DNA of 58,829 bases from Candidatus Calescibacterium sp. (GTDB taxonomy: Bacteria > Calescibacteriota > Calescibacteriia > Calescibacteriales > Calescibacteriaceae). The notes under the pieces are model-generated. The model was not told the DNA's origin. It saw nothing but the letters and a program-made list of their open reading frames with translations, and did not search any database. Below are positions 30,696-40,159 of the stretch, in pieces (position 1 is the first letter of the stretch; the number at the start of each line of letters is the position of its first letter). Location: NCBI GenBank assembly GCA_032249135.1, contig JAVVGL010000013.1, positions 1 to 58,829 of the forward strand, in the 5' to 3' direction. Both the position numbers and the translations under genes were made by a program.

Positions 30696-31631
30696 TCAGG
30701 CAACAGAATCACCAACCTTTAACCTTAATCCATTTACAAAATCTTTTCCTGATACAACTTTTTTCCCGGGTCTCTGTATTTTTTTTATGGCTATTGGTTT
30801 TTTATCACCGCAAAGAACCCAAAAAGATTCTTCATTTATTTTGACTATTGTTCCGGGTTTCCCATCAAACTCAAAATCAGGGAGGAAAGTTTCATGTATT
30901 TTCACAGTTTCGCCTTTTATTTTTGTAAATATTTTTGGCCAAATACAGAATGCTCTCATCTTTCTGTGAATATCTTGTGCTCTCTCTTGAAAAGAGAAAA
31001 AACCATCTTCTTTTTTTATTACTCTTGCCCATGTTGCCAAACTTTCATCTTGTGCTAAAAACTTTGTCTTACCCAAAATTATATCATGTATAGATTTTAT
31101 AAGTAGCTCCGCTCCCAACTCAAAAAGTTTTTGCGAAAGAGTAAGGTATGTATCATCATCTGAGATTTTGATTTCTTCTTGTGAAACTATGTATCCGCTA
31201 TCAACTTTCTCTTCAACAGTACAAATTGTAACACCAGTTTTTTCATCTTGCGAAAGTATAGCCCACTGCACAGGAGCAGGTCCACGCCACCTTGGTAGCA
31301 AAGAAGGATGAACATTCAATCTCCTTTTTTGATCTAAAAGATAAAGAATTTTTTTAGGTATTATTTTGCCGTAAGAGGCTACAACCATAAAATCAGGTTT
31401 GAAATCGTAAATTGTAGAATAAATTTTCTCCCAATCATCTGTATCTAAAAAATTTATTTTGTTCTGGATACAAAAATTTTTTACCGCATTAGGTTTTAGC
31501 TCTAAACCCCTTCCAGCAGGCTTATCTTGTGAAGTGATAACAAAACACCGAAATAAAGTAATGAGTTTTTTTAGAACCAAAACAGATAAATCAGAATTAC
31601 CAAAGAAAACAACTTTCACATCTGAAAACAT
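30696..31631 (-). CDS. fmt: Methionyl-tRNA formyltransferase
   Basis: DKPAGRG, ASYGKII, NVHPSLLPRWRGPAPVQ, TGVT. Confidence 0.95.
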   Translation of the reverse strand: MFSDVKVVFFGNSDLSVLVLKKLITLFRCFVITSQDKPAGRGLELKPNAVKNFCIQNKINFLDTDDWEKIYSTIYDFKPDFMVVASYGKIIPKKILYLLDQKRRLNVHPSLLPRWRGPAPVQWAILSQDEKTGVTICTVEEKVDSGYIVSQEEIKISDDDTYLTLSQKLFELGAELLIKSIHDIILGKTKFLAQDESLATWARVIKKEDGFFSFQERAQDIHRKMRAFCIWPKIFTKIKGETVKIHETFLPDFEFDGKPGTIVKINEESFWVLCGDKKPIAIKKIQRPGKKVVSGKDFVNGLRLKVGDSVA

Positions 31632-31687
31632 GAGATTAAATCCTTCTATCTATTTTATTTTTTATTTTTTACTTTTTATTTTTTGTC

Positions 31688-32851
31688 TCACATCAGCTGT
31701 TTCAGTTGAGGTATTAGTTTTGCTGCTTTCTCTATGTCTTCGTCTTTTGCTGTAAGTGATATCCTTACAAATCCTTCCCCACCATCACCAAAACCTATAC
31801 CGGGAGTAAGCAAAATTCCGAATTTATCAAGTGCATTTTTTACGAAGTCTTTTGAACTCCCACCGCAGCGGAACCAGATATAAAAAGTCGCATAAGATTT
31901 GAAAAAACTTATTCCAGCTTGCTCCAATGCAGATTCTATTTTTCTTTTTCTTCTTTCATAAACTTTCAGTATATCTGGGACTATCTTGTCGTAATTTTCA
32001 AGGGCAAATTTTGCAGCCATCTGGATCGCCCTGAAAACTCCGGAATCAGTATTCGTTTTTACTTTGCCAAGTGCAGAAACAACATCTTTATTCCCCACCG
32101 CCATACCTATTCTCCAACCAGTCATTGAAAAAGTTTTGGAAAATGAATGGAACTCAATAGCATAAATTGAGTCATCTTTTACGACTTGAAAGAAGGAAAG
32201 AGGCTTTTTATTATCAAAATATATTTCAGAGTAGGCGAGATCTATGGCTACAACAAAATCATATTTTTTTGCATAAAAAGCAACTTTTTCATAAAACTCC
32301 CAAGTAGCACACGCACCAGTTGGGTTATTCGGATAACAGAGCCAAAAAATTTTTGCACGAGAAAGTATATCTTGCGGTATATTTTCTATATCTGGTAAAA
32401 ATCCATTTTCTTCTTTCAGAACAACATTATAAACTTTACCTCCCGCAAACTTTGTCCAGATACCATACACTGGGTACCCGGGAGATGGAACTATTGAAAT
32501 ATCGCCTTCATTCAAAAAAGCGAGATGAAAATGAGCTATTCCTTCTTTTGAGCCGATCAAAGTTAATGCAGAAGATGGAGAAAAGCTGAACCCGAATCTT
32601 TCATAATACCAATCAACAAAAGTTTTTCTTAAAGATATATCTCCATCATAAGAAGGGTACCTATGGTTGCGAGGATCTTTTACTTCCTCTCTCATTTTTT
32701 CTACAATAAGTGGATGAGTAGGTAGATCAGGATCTCCTATGCTAAGGTCTATAACATAAACTCCTTCCTCTATTTTTTTAGTTCTAAGTTCGTCTATTTC
32801 CGCAAAGAGGTATTTTGGTAAAGATTTTATTCTTTCAGAAACTTCCGGCAT
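31688..32851 (-). CDS. dapL: LL-diaminopimelate aminotransferase (class I/II PLP)
   Basis: LPKYLFA, GDPDLPT, GSKEG, YPNNPTGA, DLAYSE, SFSKTFSMTGWRIG, KTNTDSG. Confidence 0.8.
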   Translation of the reverse strand: MPEVSERIKSLPKYLFAEIDELRTKKIEEGVYVIDLSIGDPDLPTHPLIVEKMREEVKDPRNHRYPSYDGDISLRKTFVDWYYERFGFSFSPSSALTLIGSKEGIAHFHLAFLNEGDISIVPSPGYPVYGIWTKFAGGKVYNVVLKEENGFLPDIENIPQDILSRAKIFWLCYPNNPTGACATWEFYEKVAFYAKKYDFVVAIDLAYSEIYFDNKKPLSFFQVVKDDSIYAIEFHSFSKTFSMTGWRIGMAVGNKDVVSALGKVKTNTDSGVFRAIQMAAKFALENYDKIVPDILKVYERRKRKIESALEQAGISFFKSYATFYIWFRCGGSSKDFVKNALDKFGILLTPGIGFGDGGEGFVRISLTAKDEDIEKAAKLIPQLKQLM

Positions 32852-33117
32852 AGCTAAAAATTTTTTAATCAACTGAAATTTTACCTTTTCTTTTTCAGGT
32901 TTCTCTGGAAGGTAATTTAGGATAAATTTCAGATGTTCCTTTATCTGTAAAACTCTGAAAGTTTTTGAACAACCTCTCTAAGAAGTTGAACCTTCTTTTT
33001 AACAGTCCTCATAATAGATAGCATTTTTGTAAAAGTAATTTATCTCACTCTTTTTTATTTTTCCGCTGTGCGCAAAGGAAACCACCAAATGATCCTGCTG
33101 AACTTTACAAAATTGCT

Positions 33118-33687
33118 ATGCAAAAAGCAGAGGGTGGCATCTTTGCAGCGGATTATGAAACAGCGGAAAAATATTTACAAAGAATTATAGAACTATTCCC
33201 AACTTCTCAATATGTTCCAGATGCAAATTTTGGTTTAGCTTATGTTAGGATGAAAAAAGGAGATTGTGCCGAAGCTGCTGTTTTATTTGAAAATTTTTAT
33301 CAAAGATACAGCTCTCACAAAAAATCTCCTCATGCTTTGTATTATTCTATTTTGTGCTATATGAAATTTGTTGATACGGCTGATAGAGATATTGAATATG
33401 TGAAAAAAGTAAGAGAGTTATCTTCAATATTCCTTCAAAGGTATCCAGACCACGAAAAAGCAGAAGAAGTATCAAAAATAAGGGAGAAGGTTCTTAATAT
33501 TTTAGCAGAGCATCACCTTCTTGTCGCAGAGTTTTATTTAAGAAGGAAATTATATGAGCCAGCTATAAGAAGGCTTGAAATTATTGTTGAAAAAGACAAG
33601 GAGCTTTTGGGGACATCTGTTGGGAAAAAAGCTCAAAAGCTTTACGAGGAAATAAAGAAAGATAAAACTTCGCGGTTGCAATATTAA
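33118..33687 (+). CDS. bamD: Outer membrane assembly lipoprotein BamD (5' end uncertain)
   Basis: TPR pattern FPTSQY, YSSH, DRD, LAEHHLLVAEFYLRR...AIRR; frame stays open upstream to FRCAQRKPP but has no in-frame start after TAG 33019. Confidence 0.8.
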   Translation: MQKAEGGIFAADYETAEKYLQRIIELFPTSQYVPDANFGLAYVRMKKGDCAEAAVLFENFYQRYSSHKKSPHALYYSILCYMKFVDTADRDIEYVKKVRELSSIFLQRYPDHEKAEEVSKIREKVLNILAEHHLLVAEFYLRRKLYEPAIRRLEIIVEKDKELLGTSVGKKAQKLYEEIKKDKTSRLQY

Positions 33688-33745
33688 ACTTTATATTTTT
33701 TGGATGGCTTGAAAAGGCATTTGTTTTTTAAATTCTAAATTGTTT

Positions 33746-33781
33746 TTCCTTCAATTTTGTCTATTCCTTCAATTTTGTCTA
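33746..33781. repeat. Perfect 18-nt tandem duplication (TTCCTTCAATTTTGTCTA x2) between bamD and rplY
   Basis: Read directly from sequence. Confidence 0.9.
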
Positions 33782-33809
33782 TTGTTTTTTTATTTTTAGT
33801 TTTTTGAGG

Positions 33810-34112
33810 TCAGTTGTGTTCTATAATTTCTTTGCAATAAAAATCAAAGTGTATCGGTAAATCTGTGATTGGATTTATTTGTACATCTTGCAACCTTACT
33901 CTGTATATTTTGTTTTCTACGGCTATTTCAAATTCTGTTACACCTGCTTTTAGGATTTTTGAAATATCACTATATTTTACTTTTAAGTGTTCGTAAATTT
34001 TCCCATTTGCATATATTACCGCAGGAATAAAGCCTTGCTTTCTTATTTTTTTCGCATCTTCTTTCCCAAGTTTTTCTCTCTTTGATCCCTCTATCCTTAT
34101 TACTTCTGCCAT
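33810..34112 (-). CDS. rplY: 50S ribosomal protein L25 (short form)
   Basis: GK.DAKKIRKQGFIPAVIY, QDVQINP...IHFDFY. Confidence 0.9.
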   Translation of the reverse strand: MAEVIRIEGSKREKLGKEDAKKIRKQGFIPAVIYANGKIYEHLKVKYSDISKILKAGVTEFEIAVENKIYRVRLQDVQINPITDLPIHFDFYCKEIIEHN

Positions 34113-34293
34113 AATATTCCTATTTTTTACCTTACTAAAAAAGTTTCTTTTTTTTCAGATTTTATTTGGACAGAGCTTTATATACACTTTTATTTTACAA
34201 TTACGGGATTCGCCAGAGCAAACTATCATTGACTATTGTTGAAGGAAGAAAGGAGAAAACAAAAATAAAAATCTTACCTTAATTTATATTCAA

Positions 34294-35547
34294 ATGCCAT
34301 CTTATATTGGACGACTAAAAAAAAGCCAAATAGAAGAGTTATTTAAAAATCATGTTTCATCTGGGAAAGTAAGAGTTTTCACTTCGTTCGGTATGGATTT
34401 TATCTTCGGTAAAAGAGATGGAATTTATGTCTATGATGTGGAGACCGGAAAGGAACTTATAAATTGCCATTGCAACGGGGGGGTCTTTAATTTGGGACAT
34501 AGAAATCCTGAAATAGTTAATACTCTCAAAGACGCTTTGAATGAACTTGATATAGGTAATCATCATCTGATAAGTGAACAAAGAGCACTTCTTGCGAAAA
34601 AGATGGCTGACCTTATGCCTCCGGGCATAACTTACACAGTTTTTGGAGTTGGAGGGGGTGAAGCTGTTGACCTTGCTATAAAAATTGCAAGAGCTTACAC
34701 GAAAAGACCAAAAATAATATCAGCAAAAGGTGGATATCATGGACACACAGGTTTTGCTCTTGCTACCGGAGATGAAAAATATAAAAAACCATTTGAACCA
34801 CTTGCACCCGGATTTGTACAGGTCCCATTCAACGACATTGAAAGCCTTGAAAAAGCTGTTGATTCTGAAACTGCTGCGGTTATTTTTGAAACTGTTCCAG
34901 CTACTCTTGGAATTTATGTCCCGGATAAAGAATTTTTTAAGGGAGTGAGGGAAATTTGCAACAGAAAGGGTGCTCTAATGATTATTGATGAAGTTCAAAC
35001 TGGTCTTGGAAGAACTGGGAAACTTTGGGGGATAGAACATTTTGGAGTTGTTCCAGATATAATCGTCGTTGGAAAAGGTTTGAGCGGGGGAATTTACCCT
35101 ATATCTGCCACATCTTTTAAAGCTGAGCTTGAAAGCGTTTTTCATAATGACCCATTTATTCATGTCTCAACTTTCGGTGGAGCTGAATTAGGCTGTGTTG
35201 TTGCGATGAAAGTTCTTGAAATATCTTCTTCTCCTGAATTCCTCAAACATGTAAATGATATAGCAGAATTTTTTAAAAGGGAACTCAATAAGTTGAAAGA
35301 TGAGTATTCTGATGTGATATCGGAAATAAGACAGCTTGGAATGATGATGGGTATAAAAATGAAAAATGAGCTTTTATGCATGTATATGGTGAAAGCTTGT
35401 TATGAATCTGGGCTTTTATGTATATACGCTAATAATGATCCATCCGTACTTCAATTCCTTCCTCCTCTGATAATAAAAGAATATGAAGCAGAGGAGGTTA
35501 TAAGAAGACTTGATAGAGCACTCTCTATGGTAAGCAAAATTGCCTGA
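34294..35547 (+). CDS. Class III PLP-dependent aminotransferase family protein
   Basis: GVFNLGHRNP, GGEAVD, GYHG, DEVQTGLGRTG, GKGLSGG (PLP Lys), STFGG, FLPPL. Confidence 0.92.
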   Translation: MPSYIGRLKKSQIEELFKNHVSSGKVRVFTSFGMDFIFGKRDGIYVYDVETGKELINCHCNGGVFNLGHRNPEIVNTLKDALNELDIGNHHLISEQRALLAKKMADLMPPGITYTVFGVGGGEAVDLAIKIARAYTKRPKIISAKGGYHGHTGFALATGDEKYKKPFEPLAPGFVQVPFNDIESLEKAVDSETAAVIFETVPATLGIYVPDKEFFKGVREICNRKGALMIIDEVQTGLGRTGKLWGIEHFGVVPDIIVVGKGLSGGIYPISATSFKAELESVFHNDPFIHVSTFGGAELGCVVAMKVLEISSSPEFLKHVNDIAEFFKRELNKLKDEYSDVISEIRQLGMMMGIKMKNELLCMYMVKACYESGLLCIYANNDPSVLQFLPPLIIKEYEAEEVIRRLDRALSMVSKIA

Positions 35548-35603
35548 TATTTTTTATGTTTTTTGTAAGTGTTTTTTGCTTGAATTGATAATTATCGTGA
35601 TAT

Positions 35604-35663
35604 GGTTTTTATTGAAAAATGGTTTTTTTATTGAAAAATCGTTTTTTATTGAAAAATGGTTTT
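35604..35663. repeat. Three imperfect tandem copies of (G/C)G-T5-7-ATTGAAAAAT directly upstream of ORF 35671
   Basis: GGTTTTTATTGAAAAAT, GGTTTTTTTATTGAAAAAT, CGTTTTTTATTGAAAAAT, then GGTTTT. Confidence 0.85.
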
Positions 35664-35670
35664 CTGATAT

Positions 35671-36624
35671 GTGAGCGAAAAAATGCTTTTTGATATAAAT
35701 AAAAATATTTTGAAAGAATTTGAAGATGGACTGAATACATTGAACCCCGAAAAAAGTAAAATCCCAGCAAGAATAATAGGCTACGGAGAGATAAGTACGG
35801 TTTTTATTATTGAACATCCTTCATTTCATTCTCTGGTTTTCAAAAGGATACCTGTATTTTCTTCCAGAGAGGAAGCTGAATATTATGACGGAATCTTGCA
35901 AGAATATTTGCAGATATTGAAAGATGATGTCGGAATAGATGTTGCACAATCGCAAGGTGTAATAGTTGAAACATCTGACGGAAGAATTGTTTATTATATA
36001 GCCCAAGAGCTTATACCTAAATCAAACATTGCAAATTCATTTATAACTTCGGTTGATGACAAAGATAGGACAAATGTTTTTAAGCATGCAGTTATTGAGA
36101 TTCTCAAAGTAAAGACTTTCAACGACCGAAGTAGTAAAATAAAGGTTGGCATTGATGGACAAATATCTAACTGGGCAGTTAAAAACTCTTCGGGAAATAT
36201 ACATTCGGGAAATATACAATTGACTTATATTGATGTATCTACTCCGCTTTATAGAAAAGATGGTAAGGAGATGCTTCCTGCTGAATTGTTTCTGAAAAGC
36301 ACTCCGCCAATTATCAGGGGTATTTTAAAATTAGCTTTCCTTAAGGAGGTCCTTGATAGATATTATGATTTCAAATCTATATTAATTGACCTTGTAGCAA
36401 ACCTTTTTAAGGAGGGGCTGATTGAATTTGTTCCAAAAGCTGTGGATATTGTGAATGATTTCCTTGATGACAAAATTTCTTTTGAGCAGGTCAAATCTTA
36501 TTACAAAAGGGATGCATTTATATGGAGTTTATTCCAATCTATGAGGCGAACTCACAGATTTTTCAGAACAAAAATTATGAGAAAAAGATACGAATTCATA
36601 CTCCCAGGAAAAATAAAAAGATAA
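35671..36624 (+). CDS. Uncharacterised protein (DUF6206-like from recall) with protein-kinase-like fold motifs
   Basis: IGYGEISTV (Gly loop), VFKR (Lys), IDGQISN (DxxxxN), YID (metal-binding Asp). Confidence 0.65.
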   Translation: MSEKMLFDINKNILKEFEDGLNTLNPEKSKIPARIIGYGEISTVFIIEHPSFHSLVFKRIPVFSSREEAEYYDGILQEYLQILKDDVGIDVAQSQGVIVETSDGRIVYYIAQELIPKSNIANSFITSVDDKDRTNVFKHAVIEILKVKTFNDRSSKIKVGIDGQISNWAVKNSSGNIHSGNIQLTYIDVSTPLYRKDGKEMLPAELFLKSTPPIIRGILKLAFLKEVLDRYYDFKSILIDLVANLFKEGLIEFVPKAVDIVNDFLDDKISFEQVKSYYKRDAFIWSLFQSMRRTHRFFRTKIMRKRYEFILPGKIKR

Positions 36625-36818
36625 AAGGGAAAAAGTGATAGAAGAGAAGGCGGAGACTTTCAGAGGCTGATTTTTATAGGAGAATTTAGCTTTTGAAAAT
36701 CTGAAATCAAATTTGGTCGGGATTGCAAATTTTTGTGGAAAAATTTAATTTCTTTATTAAAATATTTTGATCGTTAAATTAAAAACTAAAAAATTAAAAT
36801 GAAAAGGAGGTAAAAAAT

Positions 36819-38630
36819 ATGCAGTATGAGGTAAAAATACCTTTCAGGAACATTCCTGATCTTTACAAGTGGAGGGTGAACGAGACGCCGGATAGACCTG
36901 CTTTCTCATATAAAAAAGATAATCAGTGGGTAGATATCAGTTGGAAAGACTTTTTTGAAAGAGCGAAATGTATAGCCTCTGCGCTAATTCATATGGGATT
37001 CAAAAAAGGGAACACAGCTGCGATATATTCCTACAACAGGCTTGAATAGGTTTTAGCAGATCTTGGAATTCTGCTTGCAGGTGGTGCTTCGGTTACTATA
37101 TATCATTCTTTACCTTTCAACCAATCATCTTACATAATCAACGATTCTGACTCCATTTTCGTTTTTGCTGAAAACAAAGCAATAATTGAGGAGATGAAGG
37201 AAAAGAGAACTGAAATCCCGAATGTTCAAAAGGTTATATCTTTTGATAACGGAGTTAAGGAGGGAGATTTTATTATTGGTTTTAAAACATTTGAGGATTT
37301 GGGAAGGAGCTACTTGAGAAATTATGAAAAGCAAATAGAGGAGAACATAGAAAAAATAAAACTTGATGATATAGCAACTATAGTATATACATCTGGAACC
37401 ACAGGCGTTCCAAAGGGAGTTATTCAGACGCACCTTAATCATCTCTCTATGGTTGAGATGCTCTATGATATTGGAGATATCAGAGAGGATGATGTATGTT
37501 TGTTATTTCTGCCTCTTGCACATTCTTTTGCAAAAGCAGTTGAGTATGTCCATCCGAGATTTGGTATAAAAATAGCCTTTGCTGAAAGTATAGATAAAGT
37601 TATAGATAATCTCGCGGAGGTGAGACCTACGGTATTCCCATCTGTTCCGAGAGTTTTTGAAAAAGTTTATGCAAAAGTTAGAGCTAATGCCGAGGCAAGT
37701 CCTATAAAAAAGAAAATTTTTGATTGGGCAATCTCGGTCGGTAAAAAATATGGTGATTACAAGATAAAAGGTCAAAAGCCACCTTTGGGGCTTTCTATAA
37801 AACATAAAATAGCTCATAAGCTCGTTTTCTCAAAGATTCACGAAAGGGTTGGAGGAAGAATAAGATTCTTCATATCCGGTGGAGCTCCGTTGTCAAAGGA
37901 AATAGCTGAGTTTTTCTGGGCTGCTGGACTTCTAATTCTTGAAGGATATGGTCTCACAGAAACTACTCCTGCTATATCTATAAATACAACTCGTGAATTC
38001 AAATTCGGAACTGTTGGGAAACCCTTGAAATGGGTTGAAGTTAAGATTGCAGAAGATGGTGAGATATTGGCTCGCGGTCCAAACATAGCGAAAGGATATT
38101 GGAAAAAACCAAAAGAAACAGAGGAGGTTTTCAAGCCAGATGGTTGGTTCCACACAGGTGATATCGGTATCATAGATGAAGATGGTTTTCTGAAAATAAC
38201 AGATAGGAAGAAAGACCTTATAAAGACTGCTGGTGGAAAGTATGTTGCTCCGCAACCTATTGAGAATGCTATAAAGGCTGGTTCTCCTCTTATAAGTCAA
38301 GCCGTTGTCATAGGAGATGCAAGACCGTACTGTGTAGCTCTGATTACTCTCAACAAAGATGAAGTTTTGAACTTTGCAAAAGCGAAAGGATTAGATACAT
38401 CAAAAAGCTATGAAGAGATAATAAATGATCCAGTAATCGTTTCAGAAATACAGAAGGTTATTGACGGAGTGAATTCAAAACTTGCTTCTTTTGAGACGAT
38501 AAAGAAATTCAGAATTATTCCTCAAGATTTTATGATTGAAGACGGTTCATTAACTCCAACTTTGAAGGTAAAAAGGAAAGTTATTATGGAAAGATATAAA
38601 GATATTATAAATGAAATGTATTCTTCTTGA
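36819..38630 (+). pseudogene. Long-chain fatty acid--CoA ligase interrupted by a single in-frame TAG at 37047-37049
   Basis: ORFs 36819 and 37194 share a frame with no other stop; NRLE*VLADLG aligns to the family pattern NRxEW; YTSGTTGVPKG, GYGLTET, WFHTGDIG, DRKKDLI; AAGGAGG RBS. Confidence 0.88.
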
Positions 38631-39249
38631 AAAGAAAAATAGAGTTTTTTCCTTTTATTTTATTGTTTTAACTTCGGTTTTCTTCATTTTTTCTTTTCGG
38701 CGTTCTGCTTTTGCTCAGGAGATAAAGGAAGCTTTTGAGAGTTTGAGAAAATTTCAAAGTTGGCAAGTTGAGTTCTACGAGGAAATTGTTGAAAAGGGTA
38801 GTGTAATAGAAAGAAGGGAAGGGAAAATTTATTTTGAAAAACCTCTGAAATTCAAAATATCTTATCAAGATGGAAATGAGGTTCTCTCAGATGGAACTTT
38901 CATTTACTTTGTAAGAAAAGATAAAAATAAGGTTTATGTGAGAGAGCTTAAAGATGAAGTTTCTGAAAATCTTATTGTTGAAATTCTGAGAGGCTCGGAT
39001 AGAGTTTTTGATTTTTTCTTTGTTAAAAAAATTGACGAAGGAGAGTATGAACTCTATCCAAAAAAAGATGTTATAAAAAATGTAAGCAGAGTCATAGTAT
39101 ATCTTAACCCTATTGTGTTCCCAATAAAGAAAGTTGAGATATGGAGGGGAACTTTGGGAGTAAAGCTTGAAATCAAGAATGTTTCCTTCAAAAAAGAAAG
39201 TATGAGATTTTCCTTTGAAGGCTTAAACATAATAAGAGAGCCTAAATAA
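38611..39249 (+). CDS. lolA: Outer membrane lipoprotein carrier LolA
   Basis: Signal peptide ending AFA; GKIYFEKPLKFKISY, SDG motif. Confidence 0.78.
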   Translation: MKCILLEKKNRVFSFYFIVLTSVFFIFSFRRSAFAQEIKEAFESLRKFQSWQVEFYEEIVEKGSVIERREGKIYFEKPLKFKISYQDGNEVLSDGTFIYFVRKDKNKVYVRELKDEVSENLIVEILRGSDRVFDFFFVKKIDEGEYELYPKKDVIKNVSRVIVYLNPIVFPIKKVEIWRGTLGVKLEIKNVSFKKESMRFSFEGLNIIREPK

Positions 39250-39302
39250 TAAGAGAACTAAATGACAATTTCTATTTACTTATATCAGGGAGAAAATACT
39301 AT

Positions 39303-39962
39303 TTACTCATCTTCCTTTATGTTTTCATCTTCTGTGTTCTTCATTATTTCATTTCCCTTTCTCTTTTCTCCAATTATTTCTTCTACATTCGTTATTCTCT
39401 TTTTATTTTCTTGTTTTTCGTTTTTTGTTGACCAAGCTTGACCCTTTAATATAAACGATACTTTTTCATCTTCTGAATTTTTCATATTCACTATTTCTGT
39501 TCTTACCAAGAATTCACCTCTTTTTTTTGAAAGTCTTTTTGAGAAATTATTCGCATTTTGGAGCTCTTTTGCTTGACCTTTGATGAGGAAATTAATCTTT
39601 GTGTCTTCCGGGATTATTTCAAGTTCTTCTAAGCTTATGTTTTTTGATGAAACTTTTGAGGTTCGCAAAAGCAAGGAGTAAATATCTGCTGTTTTATTTT
39701 TGCTCATTTCCCATGATGAGTGATTTTGCCTGAGTTTGTGCAAATTCTCTTTTAGTGTTTTCATATCTCCCTCAACTTTTTTTGATTCATCTTCTATTGA
39801 TTTTTTTAAAGATTTTATCTGTGGTTCAAACTTTTTTTTCGTATTTACTTTGATAGAAAAGAATATAATCAAAGATATAGCTATTATAGCGAGGTTCAAT
39901 TTTATAAAGTTTTTTGTCCTTCTATCTAATTTTGCTTTTTCTACTATATCTCTGATGTCCAT
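39303..39962 (-). CDS. PilN-like single-TM coiled-coil protein
   Basis: TM helix, coiled coil, then ISLEELEI...IKGQA...NFSKRL...SFILKG pattern; no pilM/pilO neighbours. Confidence 0.5.
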   Translation of the reverse strand: MDIRDIVEKAKLDRRTKNFIKLNLAIIAISLIIFFSIKVNTKKKFEPQIKSLKKSIEDESKKVEGDMKTLKENLHKLRQNHSSWEMSKNKTADIYSLLLRTSKVSSKNISLEELEIIPEDTKINFLIKGQAKELQNANNFSKRLSKKRGEFLVRTEIVNMKNSEDEKVSFILKGQAWSTKNEKQENKKRITNVEEIIGEKRKGNEIMKNTEDENIKEDE

Positions 39963-40159
39963 TTTGTATCAATCTTCTATATCAGTTTTCAGGCTTATCT
40001 TCAAAAAGATAATTTAGTTTTGATTTTTTCTTCTGTTGAATTTTTTCTCTTCTACTTTTCGGATTTATATATGGTGAGCATATTTCCTGTGTGTTTTAGA
40101 TAAATTGAAATAAACCAAAGATAAATCTTGTAAATTAACCTTTTCATTTAAATTGTCCT

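Noticed and set aside
35604-35663. Possible mini CRISPR array
   Set aside because: Units are 17-19 nt, directly adjacent with no spacers, and no cas genes are present
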